The translations under genes were made by a program, and so were the position numbers. The notes beneath the pieces are model-generated. The model was not told the DNA's origin and searched no databases. It was given only the letters and a program-made list of their open reading frames with translations. DNA of 64,000 bases from Bacteroidales bacterium (GTDB lineage Bacteria > Bacteroidota > Bacteroidia > Bacteroidales > P3): positions 66,817-130,816 of the forward strand of contig JAFVBF010000034.1 of assembly GCA_017480145.1 (NCBI GenBank), read 5' to 3'. Below, in pieces: positions 1 through 8,785 of this stretch; positions within the stretch are counted from its first letter, which is position 1; every line of letters starts with the position of its first letter.

Positions 1-290
1 GGTACCCGGAGGGGATGAGGTAGATTTGAAAAAGGCAGCCCGTGCATCGGGAAACAAGAAGTGCGACCTAATAGCCGTAAAGGAACTGTTGCCATTGACA
101 GGGTATATCCGTGGCGGTTGCAGCCCTATCGGGATGAAAAAAAAACTTTCCGACATATTTTCACCAATCCTGCCAAAAATATCCACACATTTATGTCAGC
201 GCAGGACAGCGAGGCACACAACTCAAAATCTCGCCCACCGATTTAGTCGAATTCACCCATGGGCAACTTTGCGACTTAGTAGGTAACTGA
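1..290 (+). pseudogene. ybaK: YbaK/EbsC-type Cys-tRNA(Pro) deacylase. This is the 3' part (the 5' end lies outside the window), and the frame is broken at an A9 run.
   Basis: The frame open from base 2 reads ..[48 protein letters not shown]. After the A9 run (137-145) the family-like continuation [50 protein letters not shown] lies in the +1 frame and ends at TGA 288-290. One A fewer would give a continuous ORF. Confidence 0.65.
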
Positions 291-443
291 TATTTCCGTG
301 CATGACATTCTATTAGGAGACTAGCCATCTTCTCACATAGAAAAATCCATTACGAGAGGATGAATGCCAACAACACAATAACAATACAGGATGCTAAATA
401 GCAGCATCATAAAAACATTCTATCAAGAAATAGAAAATATTTT

Positions 444-473
444 TTTGCAATTTGCGAAATAGTCGTATCTTTG
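444..473 (+). promoter_or_regulatory. Bacteroidetes-type promoter (-33 TTTG, -7 TAnnTTTG) for tRNA-Glu
   Basis: TTTG lies at 444-447 and TATCTTTG at 466-473, with 18 nt between them. The tRNA starts at 492. Confidence 0.5.
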
Positions 474-491
474 CAAACGTTTTTGAAACGA

Positions 492-565
492 GCCGCATTC
501 GTCTAGTGGTCCAGGACATCTGCCTCTCACGCAGAAGATCATCAGTTCGACTCTGATATGCGGTA
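492..565 (+). tRNA. tRNA-Glu (anticodon CTC)
   Basis: The cloverleaf was folded by hand. Acceptor GCCGCAT/ATGCGGT, D arm GTCT-AGTGGTCCA-GGAC, anticodon stem TCTGC/GCAGA with loop CT-CTC-AC, T arm ATCAG-TTCGACT-CTGAT, discriminator A. No CCA is encoded. The D-arm sequence is typical of bacterial tRNA-Glu. Confidence 0.88.
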
Positions 566-573
566 CAAAAGAA

Positions 574-600
574 AGCCTTGGAAATCCCAAGGCTTTTTTT
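574..600 (+). terminator. Rho-independent terminator after tRNA-Glu
   Basis: Stem AGCCTTGG/CCAAGGCT with a 5-nt loop, followed by T7. Confidence 0.8.
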
Positions 601-709
601 GATTTTGTCAAGTTCCTAACCCCAAAGAGTGATTCATTCCGAACGAACCACCATTTTAAGTTTTCACCGGGCTAATCTCTCTAAAGGATGAAACGACACT
701 GTTTTTCTT

Positions 710-1201
710 CTAAAAAAGCAGTACTATCATATAGATAAGCAAGGCTGTAGCATAAACGACCTTAACGAATGTCCCCATAAGGAATCCGAGGAAAGAGCCA
801 TAAGCAGCCTTGATGGAAATAGCCACTGGTTTCCCCGATATAAGTTCACCGACGAAAGCCCCAGCAAATGGCCAAAAGACGATGCCAATGACCCCTTGAG
901 GTCCTAAAGGCATACCAAGAATAGATATTAATAGCCCCAGACAACAGCCCCATACGCCAAACTTGCTGCCACCGAACTTCTTAGTGAACACGGATGGCAC
1001 CAGATAGTCAAGAAGTGTGATTAAAAGGCACAGCAGTGCCGTGACAATCAACATCCATGGGGCTACAGCAGCCTGAGGGGCAAAAGAGAACAACAGCAGT
1101 CCAGCCCAGCTAAGAGGAGGTCCAGGAAGTCCTGGGACTATGGAGCCCACTATGCCAGCCACAGCAAGAATCAAGGCAACGACAATGAAAAAAACATCCA
1201 T
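710..1201 (-). CDS. DUF456-like small integral membrane protein
   Basis: The ORF is 710..1261. The internal ATG at 1201 (MDVFFIVVALILAVAGIVGSIVPGLPGPPLSW...) is preferred. The protein has four to five hydrophobic helices, and the LPG.P motif is typical of DUF456. Confidence 0.6.
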   Translation of the reverse strand: MDVFFIVVALILAVAGIVGSIVPGLPGPPLSWAGLLLFSFAPQAAVAPWMLIVTALLCLLITLLDYLVPSVFTKKFGGSKFGVWGCCLGLLISILGMPLGPQGVIGIVFWPFAGAFVGELISGKPVAISIKAAYGSFLGFLMGTFVKVVYATALLIYMIVLLF

Positions 1202-1350
1202 GTATATCGATATTTGGGTGGATAACGCCACACCAAGGCTGTTTATTATAAACAAAAGCAATAGTTTGAGGGATTACTGCGTTATTAATGCATCCCATTG
1301 AACGAGGAAAATATAAAGACAGTTAACCTTTTTTTGTAAAACATAATATC

Positions 1351-2868
1351 ATGAAACACCTCAGCTTCTTGATTCTTTTGCTTATGACGATAGCCGTCTC
1401 AGCACAAAATGACACTAACAATTACTACTGGGTGGAATTTGCCAACAAGAAAGGAACCCCATACACCATAGATAAGCCCGACCAATATTTGGGACAACGA
1501 GCTTTAGAGCGTCGCCAACGGCTGGGCATCTCCATTGACAGTACCGATTTGCCTGTAAACCCAAAGTATCTGAAAGAGATTGCTAAAAAGGGGGCTAAGA
1601 TTCACAATGTGAGCAAATGGATGAATGGGACAACCGTGATAGCAACGCCAGAGCAGGCAGAAAGACTTCAGCAACTCGATTTTGTAACATCGGTAAACCT
1701 GTATAGCCGCCGTGCCGCACAGGTGGACACTACCACAAACAAATACAGTGCTGGACGTGACACCAACACAATAAACTACAAGGATTATGACTCAAACTAT
1801 TACTCCCTGGGATACCCCCAGATTAAACAGCTGGGCGGCATACGCCTGCACCAACAGGGATACGAAGGCCAAGGAGTGATGATAGGCGTATGCGATGGCG
1901 GGTTCCCCGGGGTGGACACCCTTTCGGTTTTTGCATCCCTGCGGAACGAAGGACGTATCGTAGACACCCGCGATTTTGTGGCCCATCGCACCTCTGTGTA
2001 CTGCGCTAACGACCATGGCACAATGGTATTAAGCACAATGGCAGCCAACATTCCTGGTCGCTACGTAGGAACCGCACCCAAAGCCGACTACGTACTCTGC
2101 ATCACCGAAGACACATGGACAGAGTCGCCCATAGAAGAATTGAACTGGGTATCGGCAGCCGAATACCTGGACAGCCTCGGTGTTGATATCATCAATAGTT
2201 CCCTGGGGTACCAAGGCTTCGACGACACAGCCCTGCGTCATCGATATGAGGATCTGAACGGAACAACCGCTATTATGTCAAGAGGTGCGGAGATCGCCGC
2301 CTCACGCGGCATTCTGTGCGTAAATAGTGCTGGCAACGAGGGTCGCAACGGAGAGCACAGCCTCTCTGTACCCGCCGATGCCGAACACATTCTCTCCGTG
2401 GGTGCCGTATGGAGCAACGGTACAATAGCTGGGTTCAGCTCCTACGGAGCAACTTATGACCACCGCGTAAAACCCGATGTCTGCGCCATGGGCGTGATGG
2501 CCTATGTGGCTTCACCCCTTGGAGGCTATCTGAGAGCTAATGGAACCTCGTTTTCATCGCCTATCATGGCAGGTATGATGGCCTGTCTGCGACAGGCAGC
2601 CCCCGAAGCATCTGTAGCAGATTTATGCCGCGCCGTGCGTATGGCAGGCAACTATGCCGACCGCGTGAATAACCGATACGGATATGGCATTCCCGATTGT
2701 GGACGCGCACTAATGAGTTTGAAACGGCCCATGTCTCGCATCACCCATAAGAATGCCAACCAGAAATTCAAACTAAGCGAAGGCAAACTAAAGAAAGACG
2801 GAAGCAAACCGAACAACGATGTGCTGAAGCAAGTGCGTAAAAAAGGCATTGAGGATGGCAACAAATAA
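1351..2868 (+). CDS. Secreted S8 (subtilisin-family) serine peptidase
   Basis: Signal peptide MKHLSFLILLLMTIAVSAQ. Catalytic triad contexts GVCDGGF (Asp), DHGTMVLS (His) and GTSFSSPIMAG (Ser). The C-terminal tail is Lys-rich. Confidence 0.85.
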   Translation: MKHLSFLILLLMTIAVSAQNDTNNYYWVEFANKKGTPYTIDKPDQYLGQRALERRQRLGISIDSTDLPVNPKYLKEIAKKGAKIHNVSKWMNGTTVIATPEQAERLQQLDFVTSVNLYSRRAAQVDTTTNKYSAGRDTNTINYKDYDSNYYSLGYPQIKQLGGIRLHQQGYEGQGVMIGVCDGGFPGVDTLSVFASLRNEGRIVDTRDFVAHRTSVYCANDHGTMVLSTMAANIPGRYVGTAPKADYVLCITEDTWTESPIEELNWVSAAEYLDSLGVDIINSSLGYQGFDDTALRHRYEDLNGTTAIMSRGAEIAASRGILCVNSAGNEGRNGEHSLSVPADAEHILSVGAVWSNGTIAGFSSYGATYDHRVKPDVCAMGVMAYVASPLGGYLRANGTSFSSPIMAGMMACLRQAAPEASVADLCRAVRMAGNYADRVNNRYGYGIPDCGRALMSLKRPMSRITHKNANQKFKLSEGKLKKDGSKPNNDVLKQVRKKGIEDGNK

Positions 2869-2944
2869 ATTCGAATAGAATAAAGCCAACCCAATACTAA
2901 CAACTCCACGACACAAGACATCAGAATCAAATTTAAAGCGGGGT

Positions 2945-2982
2945 ACCCCTTTCAAAAGGAATACCCCGCTTTATTCTTGCCT
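2945..2982. terminator. Hairpin between convergent genes (S8 peptidase and ubiE)
   Basis: Arms AAAGCGGGGTA/TACCCCGCTTT with a 16-nt loop. An inner GGGGTACCCC palindrome is present, and the flanks are T/A-rich on both sides. Confidence 0.5.
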
Positions 2983-3008
2983 CCGCGCACGCTCTCAATC
3001 CGACCACC

Positions 3009-3704
3009 CTATTTCTCCGCTACGTAAAGGCGGCAAACCCCGAAAGTAAACGACTTATGGGTGACCTTTTGAAAACCGGCCAATTGAAGCATAGGGACAA
3101 ACGATTCAGGCTTTGGAAATCGCAATATGGACTGGGGAAGATACTCATAAGCTGCCCGGTCGTGAGACAGATGTTCACCCACCCATGGCAGCAATTTGAA
3201 GGCATAAATCTTGTAACACCATAACAAGAACTTATTATCTGGATAGGATAATTCAAGCACAGCCAGCCGACCGCATGGCTTCAGCACACGGTACATTTCG
3301 TTGAGGCCCTGCTGCAAATGCAGGAAATTGCGTACGCCAAAAGCCACTGTAACACGATCAAAGGAGTCATTAGGGTATTCCAGACATTCAGCATCACCCC
3401 TTTTGAGGACAATACGCTTGTCGGCTTCTGGGATATTCTTATCCGCACAAATTTTCTGCCATCCAATTTTCATCATTTCCTCTGAGAGATCAATGCCTGT
3501 CAACTGGCTCTCGGGATGTGCCTTGTGCAAAATGTCGATGGCTAAATCGGCAGTACCCGTAGCCACATCAAGATATTGCAACGGATGCTTCGCATCAACC
3601 ATACGGCTTACTGTCCGACGACGCCATAATCGGTCAATGCCCAAAGTGGAGAGATGATTGAACCTATCATAAGCTATTGCAATCTTATCAAAATCGTAGG
3701 CCAT
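3009..3704 (-). CDS. ubiE: Demethylmenaquinone methyltransferase (UbiE/MenG family, class I SAM methyltransferase)
   Basis: The N-terminus has YDRFNHLSTLGIDRLWRR. The SAM motif is LDVATGTADLAI. The length is 231 aa and the gene is adjacent to menA. Confidence 0.85.
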   Translation of the reverse strand: MAYDFDKIAIAYDRFNHLSTLGIDRLWRRRTVSRMVDAKHPLQYLDVATGTADLAIDILHKAHPESQLTGIDLSEEMMKIGWQKICADKNIPEADKRIVLKRGDAECLEYPNDSFDRVTVAFGVRNFLHLQQGLNEMYRVLKPCGRLAVLELSYPDNKFLLWCYKIYAFKLLPWVGEHLSHDRAAYEYLPQSILRFPKPESFVPMLQLAGFQKVTHKSFTFGVCRLYVAEK

Positions 3705-3744
3705 ATTGTGGATATCTATAATTGAACATAACGTGATAAACGTG

Positions 3745-4653
3745 TCATGAAAGCATCAGTCCTATGCCAAAGAGAAGGGACATAAGAAATGTGCTCACCA
3801 CCAATAGGGGGAGCATCGAATCCAATGCCCGCCCAGATAGCTTCCATACACCACATACATGATATATATGAAGAGGCAACACCAAAAGGTAAAGCCAAGA
3901 CCATAGCGTGGCAATCTGACAACACGAGAATGTATAGGAAAGCATACAAGACCAGCCGAGCACAATAAGAATCGTATGATAAATTTTGGCATTGCGTTCC
4001 CCCATTTTGAGAGGCACAGTGACACGGGTGGCCGCATCAGTAATCATGTCGCGAATATTGTTGACATTAAGCACCCCTACGCTGAAAAAACCTATGGCTG
4101 CGCCTGGCAGCAAAACGTGCCACGAGGAAAATGTACGCATGACTACATAATATCCCCCCATCACAGAAACGAGTCCAAAAAAGATGAAAACGAACAGGTC
4201 TCCCCATCCATGGTAGCCGTAAGGGTGTTTGCCAAGCGTGTAGTGCATGGCTGCCCAGATGGCTGCGGCACCCAGCAGTAACAATGCCAACGGCTGCACC
4301 ATCCACAAGGTACCGAAAGCCGCCCATAGCATGGCCAGACCAAATATACAACACATTACTATAAAACATCTTATCAGGCGCCGAAGTTCAGGTTCTGTTA
4401 AGCCTCCCTCCGTCAAACCATACTGCGGGCCCAGACGGTTTTCACTATCTGTGCCACTCAGAAAATCACCAAGTTCGTTGCTCATATTGGAAAGAACCTG
4501 AAGGCATACCGTGGTCAACAGCAAAAACAGCACACACCAGCCCGAAGTCACAGCACCGTCGGAGTATGCCATCATAATGCCACACACCACGCCAGCCAAA
4601 GAAAGTGGAAGCGTACGCAGACGCATGGATTTTATAACAGCCGCTATCTTCAT
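3745..4653 (-). CDS. menA: 1,4-dihydroxy-2-naphthoate polyprenyltransferase
   Basis: UbiA-family polytopic membrane protein of 302 aa. The N-terminus MRLRTLPLSLAGVVCG is typical of MenA, and the gene is in an operon with ubiE/menG. Confidence 0.85.
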   Translation of the reverse strand: MKIAAVIKSMRLRTLPLSLAGVVCGIMMAYSDGAVTSGWCVLFLLLTTVCLQVLSNMSNELGDFLSGTDSENRLGPQYGLTEGGLTEPELRRLIRCFIVMCCIFGLAMLWAAFGTLWMVQPLALLLLGAAAIWAAMHYTLGKHPYGYHGWGDLFVFIFFGLVSVMGGYYVVMRTFSSWHVLLPGAAIGFFSVGVLNVNNIRDMITDAATRVTVPLKMGERNAKIYHTILIVLGWSCMLSYTFSCCQIATLWSWLYLLVLPLHIYHVCGVWKLSGRALDSMLPLLVVSTFLMSLLFGIGLMLS

Positions 4654-4660
4654 TATTGTT

Positions 4661-4689
4661 CAAAAAAGGCAGGCCGACAAGCCTGCCTT
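4661..4689 (-). terminator. Rho-independent terminator after aspS
   Basis: Read on the minus strand: AAGGCAGGC-loop-GCCTGCCTT followed by TTTTTTG. Confidence 0.75.
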
Positions 4690-4695
4690 CATCAC

Positions 4696-6450
4696 TTATT
4701 TCAATTTTACATCTATCTGGAGTTCTTCGAGTTGCTCCTTGGATATAGGTGAAGGACTACCACTCATAACATCACGGCCACTATTATTCTTGGGGAAGGC
4801 AATGAAGTCGCGTATGGTATCCACTCCACCAAACAGCGAGCAGAGACGGTCGAAGCCAAAAGCCAAGCCGGCATGAGGGGGAGCGCCATAGGTGAAAGCA
4901 TCCATGAGGAATCCGAACTGAGCTGCAGCCTGCTCATCGCTGAAGCCCAACGTATGGAACATCTTGTTCTGCAGCGTACGGTCATGAATACGCACACTGC
5001 CTCCTCCAACTTCCACTCCATTGATGACAATATCATAAGCATTGGCACGAATATCTCCCCAACGTTCGGGCTGGTCCATCAAAGCCTCATCTTCAGGCTT
5101 GGGTGCAGTGAAAGGATGGTGCATGGCATAGAATCGTTGTGTTTCGTCATCCCATTCCAGCAGTGGAAAATCGATAACCCACAGAGGAGCATAGACATCG
5201 GGATTACGTAAACCCAGCTGTCCACCCATTTCAAGACGCAAAGCGCACAACTGCCCACGCGTCTTCATGGCCGGCCCACAGAGGATGAGCATCAAATCCC
5301 CAGGTTGAGCCTGAAACCTGTCCGCTATGGCGCGCTGGTCGTCCTGCGTGTAGAACTTATCTACCGACGACTTAAAGCTGCCATCAGCATTATACTTCAC
5401 ATACACCATGCTGCCAGCACCCACTTGTGGACGTTTAACGAAGTCCGTAAGCGCATCCAGCTGCTTACGGGTATATTCGGCGCAACCTTTGACACAAATA
5501 CCCACCACGAGTTCAGCCCCGTCGAAGAGTCCAAAGCCTTTGCCTTTCACCACATCGTTCAATTCTACAAACTCCATGCCGAACCTAATGTCAGGTTTGT
5601 CACTGCCGTAGCGACGCATGGCCTCATGCCATGTCATGCGAGGGAAGTGGTCAAACTGCAGCCCTTTTACCTCTTTGAAAAGATGCTTGGTCATGCCTTC
5701 AAACATATTCAGCACATCCTCCTGCTCCACAAAACTCATTTCACAGTCAATCTGGGTGAACTCAGGCTGACGGTCAGCACGAAGATCTTCGTCACGAAAA
5801 CAACGCACAATCTGAAAATAGCGATCCATGCCAGCTACCATAAGCAACTGCTTGTACTGCTGTGGACTCTGCGGCAGAGCGTAAAACTCGCCTGGGTTCA
5901 TGCGCGAGGGAACCACAAAATCTCTGGCTCCTTCGGGTGTGGACTTGATGAGCATCGGCGTCTCGATTTCCAAGAACTGCTGACTATTCAAGTAGTTGCG
6001 CACCAACATTGCCATGCGGTGGCGCAGTTCCAAATTGCGACGGACGGGATTGCGACGAATATCCAGATAACGATACTTCATGCGCAAATCATCGCCACCA
6101 TCGCTATTGTCCTCAATGGTGAAGGGAGGTGTCTTGGCTTCGTTGAGTACCGTAAGACTGCGTACTTCAATTTCTATCTCGCCTGTAGGAATCTTGTTAT
6201 TCTTGCTGGAACGCTCTATGACTATACCTTCGACCTGAATGACATACTCGCGTCCCAACCGACGGGCCTGCTCACACAGGGCTGGATTTGTCTCCATGTT
6301 AAACGCCAGCTGCGTGATGCCGTAACGGTCACGTAGGTCAATAAAAGTCATTCCACCAAGGTCGCGGCTGCGTTGAAGCCAGCCACACAATGTCACTTCT
6401 TGTCCCACATTGCTGATAGTGAGTTCTCCACAAGTATTTGTACGATACAT
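4696..6450 (-). CDS. aspS: Aspartate--tRNA ligase
   Basis: 584 aa. The OB-fold N-terminus is [37 protein letters not shown]. Class II motifs [18 protein letters not shown] and GGGSVRIH are present. Confidence 0.95.
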   Translation of the reverse strand: MYRTNTCGELTISNVGQEVTLCGWLQRSRDLGGMTFIDLRDRYGITQLAFNMETNPALCEQARRLGREYVIQVEGIVIERSSKNNKIPTGEIEIEVRSLTVLNEAKTPPFTIEDNSDGGDDLRMKYRYLDIRRNPVRRNLELRHRMAMLVRNYLNSQQFLEIETPMLIKSTPEGARDFVVPSRMNPGEFYALPQSPQQYKQLLMVAGMDRYFQIVRCFRDEDLRADRQPEFTQIDCEMSFVEQEDVLNMFEGMTKHLFKEVKGLQFDHFPRMTWHEAMRRYGSDKPDIRFGMEFVELNDVVKGKGFGLFDGAELVVGICVKGCAEYTRKQLDALTDFVKRPQVGAGSMVYVKYNADGSFKSSVDKFYTQDDQRAIADRFQAQPGDLMLILCGPAMKTRGQLCALRLEMGGQLGLRNPDVYAPLWVIDFPLLEWDDETQRFYAMHHPFTAPKPEDEALMDQPERWGDIRANAYDIVINGVEVGGGSVRIHDRTLQNKMFHTLGFSDEQAAAQFGFLMDAFTYGAPPHAGLAFGFDRLCSLFGGVDTIRDFIAFPKNNSGRDVMSGSPSPISKEQLEELQIDVKLK

Positions 6451-6482
6451 GAAATAGTATATTTATAAATTCTTTGGACATG

Positions 6483-6490
6483 CAAAAGTA
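6483..6490 (-). promoter_or_regulatory. -7 box (TACTTTTG) upstream of aspS
   Basis: The minus strand reads TACTTTTG, 33 nt upstream of the aspS ATG. Confidence 0.45.
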
Positions 6491-6575
6491 ACCTTTTTTT
6501 CGGACATATAAAGGCATCGGCGGCAATCCTTGCGGTGCCGCCGATGGGTTGAACAATCAATAACTAAAAATGCAT

Positions 6576-8636
6576 CTATTCGGCAGAAATAGAATAGCGC
6601 AAAGAGGCCATGAATGTGGCACCTGGCTGAGGGATTCCGCCATAATCCATATAGCTGCGATTGAGCAGATTATAGCCATTCAGCGAAACCGTGAACTGCT
6701 GCCAGCCATAGCCCAAAGAGGCATTCCACAAAACTACGGGGTCGTAGGGCAGAATGAGTCCATCCAAATCAGTATAACCACCAATGCGATAGTTATAAGA
6801 TAGCGAACTTTTGACCAGCCAGTTACGCCAAGGGGATACCGCTATCGAAACGGACATCTGATGACGCAGGTAATCAAGAGCATATTTAGACACATAGCCG
6901 TCAGCCTCCTGCTGCAATATGCAATAAGAATAGCTAAGGTCGGCCTGCCTCAGCCATGAATTAGACCGATAGACAAGACGTGCATCAGACCCCAAGGCAT
7001 TGACCTCGGCATGATTAACGCTGTACCATACCGTTTCGGTGGGCTGTCTAATCCAGTCTATGATATTGGACCCTTTCCTCACATAAACATCCGCATGAGC
7101 GGAAAGATGCCCCCACTGATAGCGCGCCGAGAGTTCTGCCGTATGGCTGACTTCAGCCTGCAACGAAGGATCTGAAATCTGCGTAGCACTGTGGTAGTAT
7201 AGGTCGGTGAAGGTAGGCTGGCGGTCTGACCGCCCCACTGAGGCTGTGAGCGAGCAGTTGTCCTCGGGGCGCCACTCTGCCGACAAAGCATAGCCATAGC
7301 CAAAGCCAGACATACTATTGTCGTGAACCAGCATAGAACCCGACAAATGAAACTGGCTAAGAACAACGCTATGCTCTACAAAGGCAATGCCACGATGGCG
7401 CACCTTGCCAAGCGTATAGAATATGCTATCATCCTCCCCCCATACGGAGATAGACCGGGACAGGCTGTCGCCCAAGACACTACTAATAATCCCCTCTCGG
7501 CGATACTCGGCACCCAGCGTGGTGCGGCCCAATGACCAAAGGCGAGCTGCGCGCAGACGGAGACCTGACGATGAGGCCAAATGATAGTTGTGTCCACCAT
7601 ACCATGCCGGAGGGTCAATACGCCCTTCTCTGAACAGTTCGAAACGGTCGCGATGCAGACGGCCATAGAGAGCCATGTCGCACTGCCATCGACCAATCTG
7701 CTGCTGACGCTGGATAGCGGCAAGCAAGGTTCGAGTGGACTCGAACTGATCAGGGTAACTCAGGCTATAGAAATCCTGACTACCAAAGTCCTTGGTCTGA
7801 CCTCCAAGCTGCATCTGCCAAGCGCCATGAGCATCACGGCGTTGCGCCTGAAGAAAAAGGTTTGCGTTGCGGTAGTCAGTGTTGACACGATAGCCATCGC
7901 TACGATTATACGAACCTTGAGCAGAGAGCGTCCATGCTCCCAACTGCTTGTCGCCACCGGCCGAACATGACATAGTGCCATGGCTTCCACCCGACAGGGA
8001 GACATCAAGACGGTCGTGAGAAGTCTGCCCCGTGACAATGTTAATGCCGCCACAGAAAGAAGAGACTCCGTAGCGAACCAACGCCGAAGCTGGCAGAACC
8101 TCAATGCGATTCACCTCGGCAAGATTGATTGGAATGTCGAGGTTGTAGTGCCCCGTGTGGGCATCCGAGATGTTCACGCCATTCAACAACACCACCACTT
8201 GGTCAAACGTGCCACCACGCATGACGATGTCGCCCTGCATGTCGCCCACGCCACGCGTACGCAACTCAACCCCAGGCAGAGCCTCAAGAAGCTCACCCAC
8301 GGTAGAAGCGGTCAGGTGTTGAATGTCTTGGTGAGTAAATACCGCAGCAGCACCCTCAGAGGCGGCAGCGGTGTCGCCGGCAGCAGTGATTGTCACCACT
8401 GGCAGCGTGAGTCCTTCAAGGTCGTCGTCACTCTGCGCCATAGCCGTATTGGCAAGCAGCAGCGGCAGCGAAAGAGTCGCTACGGCTACCGATTTTGACA
8501 ACTGGCGGTCTGCAATGTACGTCGCTACACGACCGATGCTAACCTCGCGGTGCATCGAGCAAAAAGCGGCATACGCTGCGCGGCAGAACCGACGAAAGCG
8601 GAAGGACCGAACCGAAATATAAGTGTGTTTAACCAT
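6576..8636 (-). CDS. TonB-dependent outer-membrane receptor
   Basis: Plug-domain text GELLEALPGVELRTRGVGDMQGDIVMRGGTFDQVVVLLNGVNISD..NRIEVLP. The long beta-barrel ends in an aromatic-rich C-terminus. The start is chosen at MVKHT (8636), just downstream of a -7 box; the ORF extends to 8702. Confidence 0.85.
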   Translation of the reverse strand: MVKHTYISVRSFRFRRFCRAAYAAFCSMHREVSIGRVATYIADRQLSKSVAVATLSLPLLLANTAMAQSDDDLEGLTLPVVTITAAGDTAAASEGAAAVFTHQDIQHLTASTVGELLEALPGVELRTRGVGDMQGDIVMRGGTFDQVVVLLNGVNISDAHTGHYNLDIPINLAEVNRIEVLPASALVRYGVSSFCGGINIVTGQTSHDRLDVSLSGGSHGTMSCSAGGDKQLGAWTLSAQGSYNRSDGYRVNTDYRNANLFLQAQRRDAHGAWQMQLGGQTKDFGSQDFYSLSYPDQFESTRTLLAAIQRQQQIGRWQCDMALYGRLHRDRFELFREGRIDPPAWYGGHNYHLASSSGLRLRAARLWSLGRTTLGAEYRREGIISSVLGDSLSRSISVWGEDDSIFYTLGKVRHRGIAFVEHSVVLSQFHLSGSMLVHDNSMSGFGYGYALSAEWRPEDNCSLTASVGRSDRQPTFTDLYYHSATQISDPSLQAEVSHTAELSARYQWGHLSAHADVYVRKGSNIIDWIRQPTETVWYSVNHAEVNALGSDARLVYRSNSWLRQADLSYSYCILQQEADGYVSKYALDYLRHQMSVSIAVSPWRNWLVKSSLSYNYRIGGYTDLDGLILPYDPVVLWNASLGYGWQQFTVSLNGYNLLNRSYMDYGGIPQPGATFMASLRYSISAE

Positions 8637-8653
8637 AGTCGCTTTGCGAGTTG

Positions 8654-8661
8654 CAAAAATA
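8654..8661 (-). promoter_or_regulatory. -7 box (TATTTTTG) upstream of the TonB-dependent receptor
   Basis: The minus strand reads TATTTTTG, 17 nt upstream of the ATG at 8636. The leader is too short for a riboswitch. Confidence 0.4.
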
Positions 8662-8719
8662 CTACTATTTCTACATACCCGATTGTTAAAAGAAACAACC
8701 AACTAAGATTCAAAATAAT

Positions 8720-8757
8720 ACAAAAAGTGGGTGTCATCATTTAATGTGACACCCACC
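8720..8757 (-). terminator. Rho-independent terminator after the EF-hand membrane protein gene
   Basis: Arms GTGGGTGTCA/TGACACCCAC (10 bp), followed on the minus strand by TTTTTG. Confidence 0.75.
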
Positions 8758-8785
8758 GATTGTAATGTACCCAAACAGACAATTG

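Noticed and set aside
423-611. 62-aa minus-strand ORF
   Set aside because: It lies entirely across the tRNA-Glu gene and its terminator and has no independent support.
5305-6336. 343-aa plus-strand ORF antisense to aspS
   Set aside because: It is a shadow ORF on the opposite strand of a confidently identified aspS. The sequence is low in complexity and has no recognisable motifs. The same reasoning applies to 8765..9607(+), 11540..12382(-), 12447..13160(-), 20691..21347(-), 22944..23666(-), 29671..30237(-), 34977..35654(-) and 47502..48077(-).
8637-8785. Cobalamin or other riboswitch in front of the TonB-dependent receptor
   Set aside because: A consensus -7 box sits only 17 nt from the chosen start, and the rest of the gap is occupied by the upstream gene's terminator. 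There is no room for an aptamer, and no B12-box-like sequence was seen.
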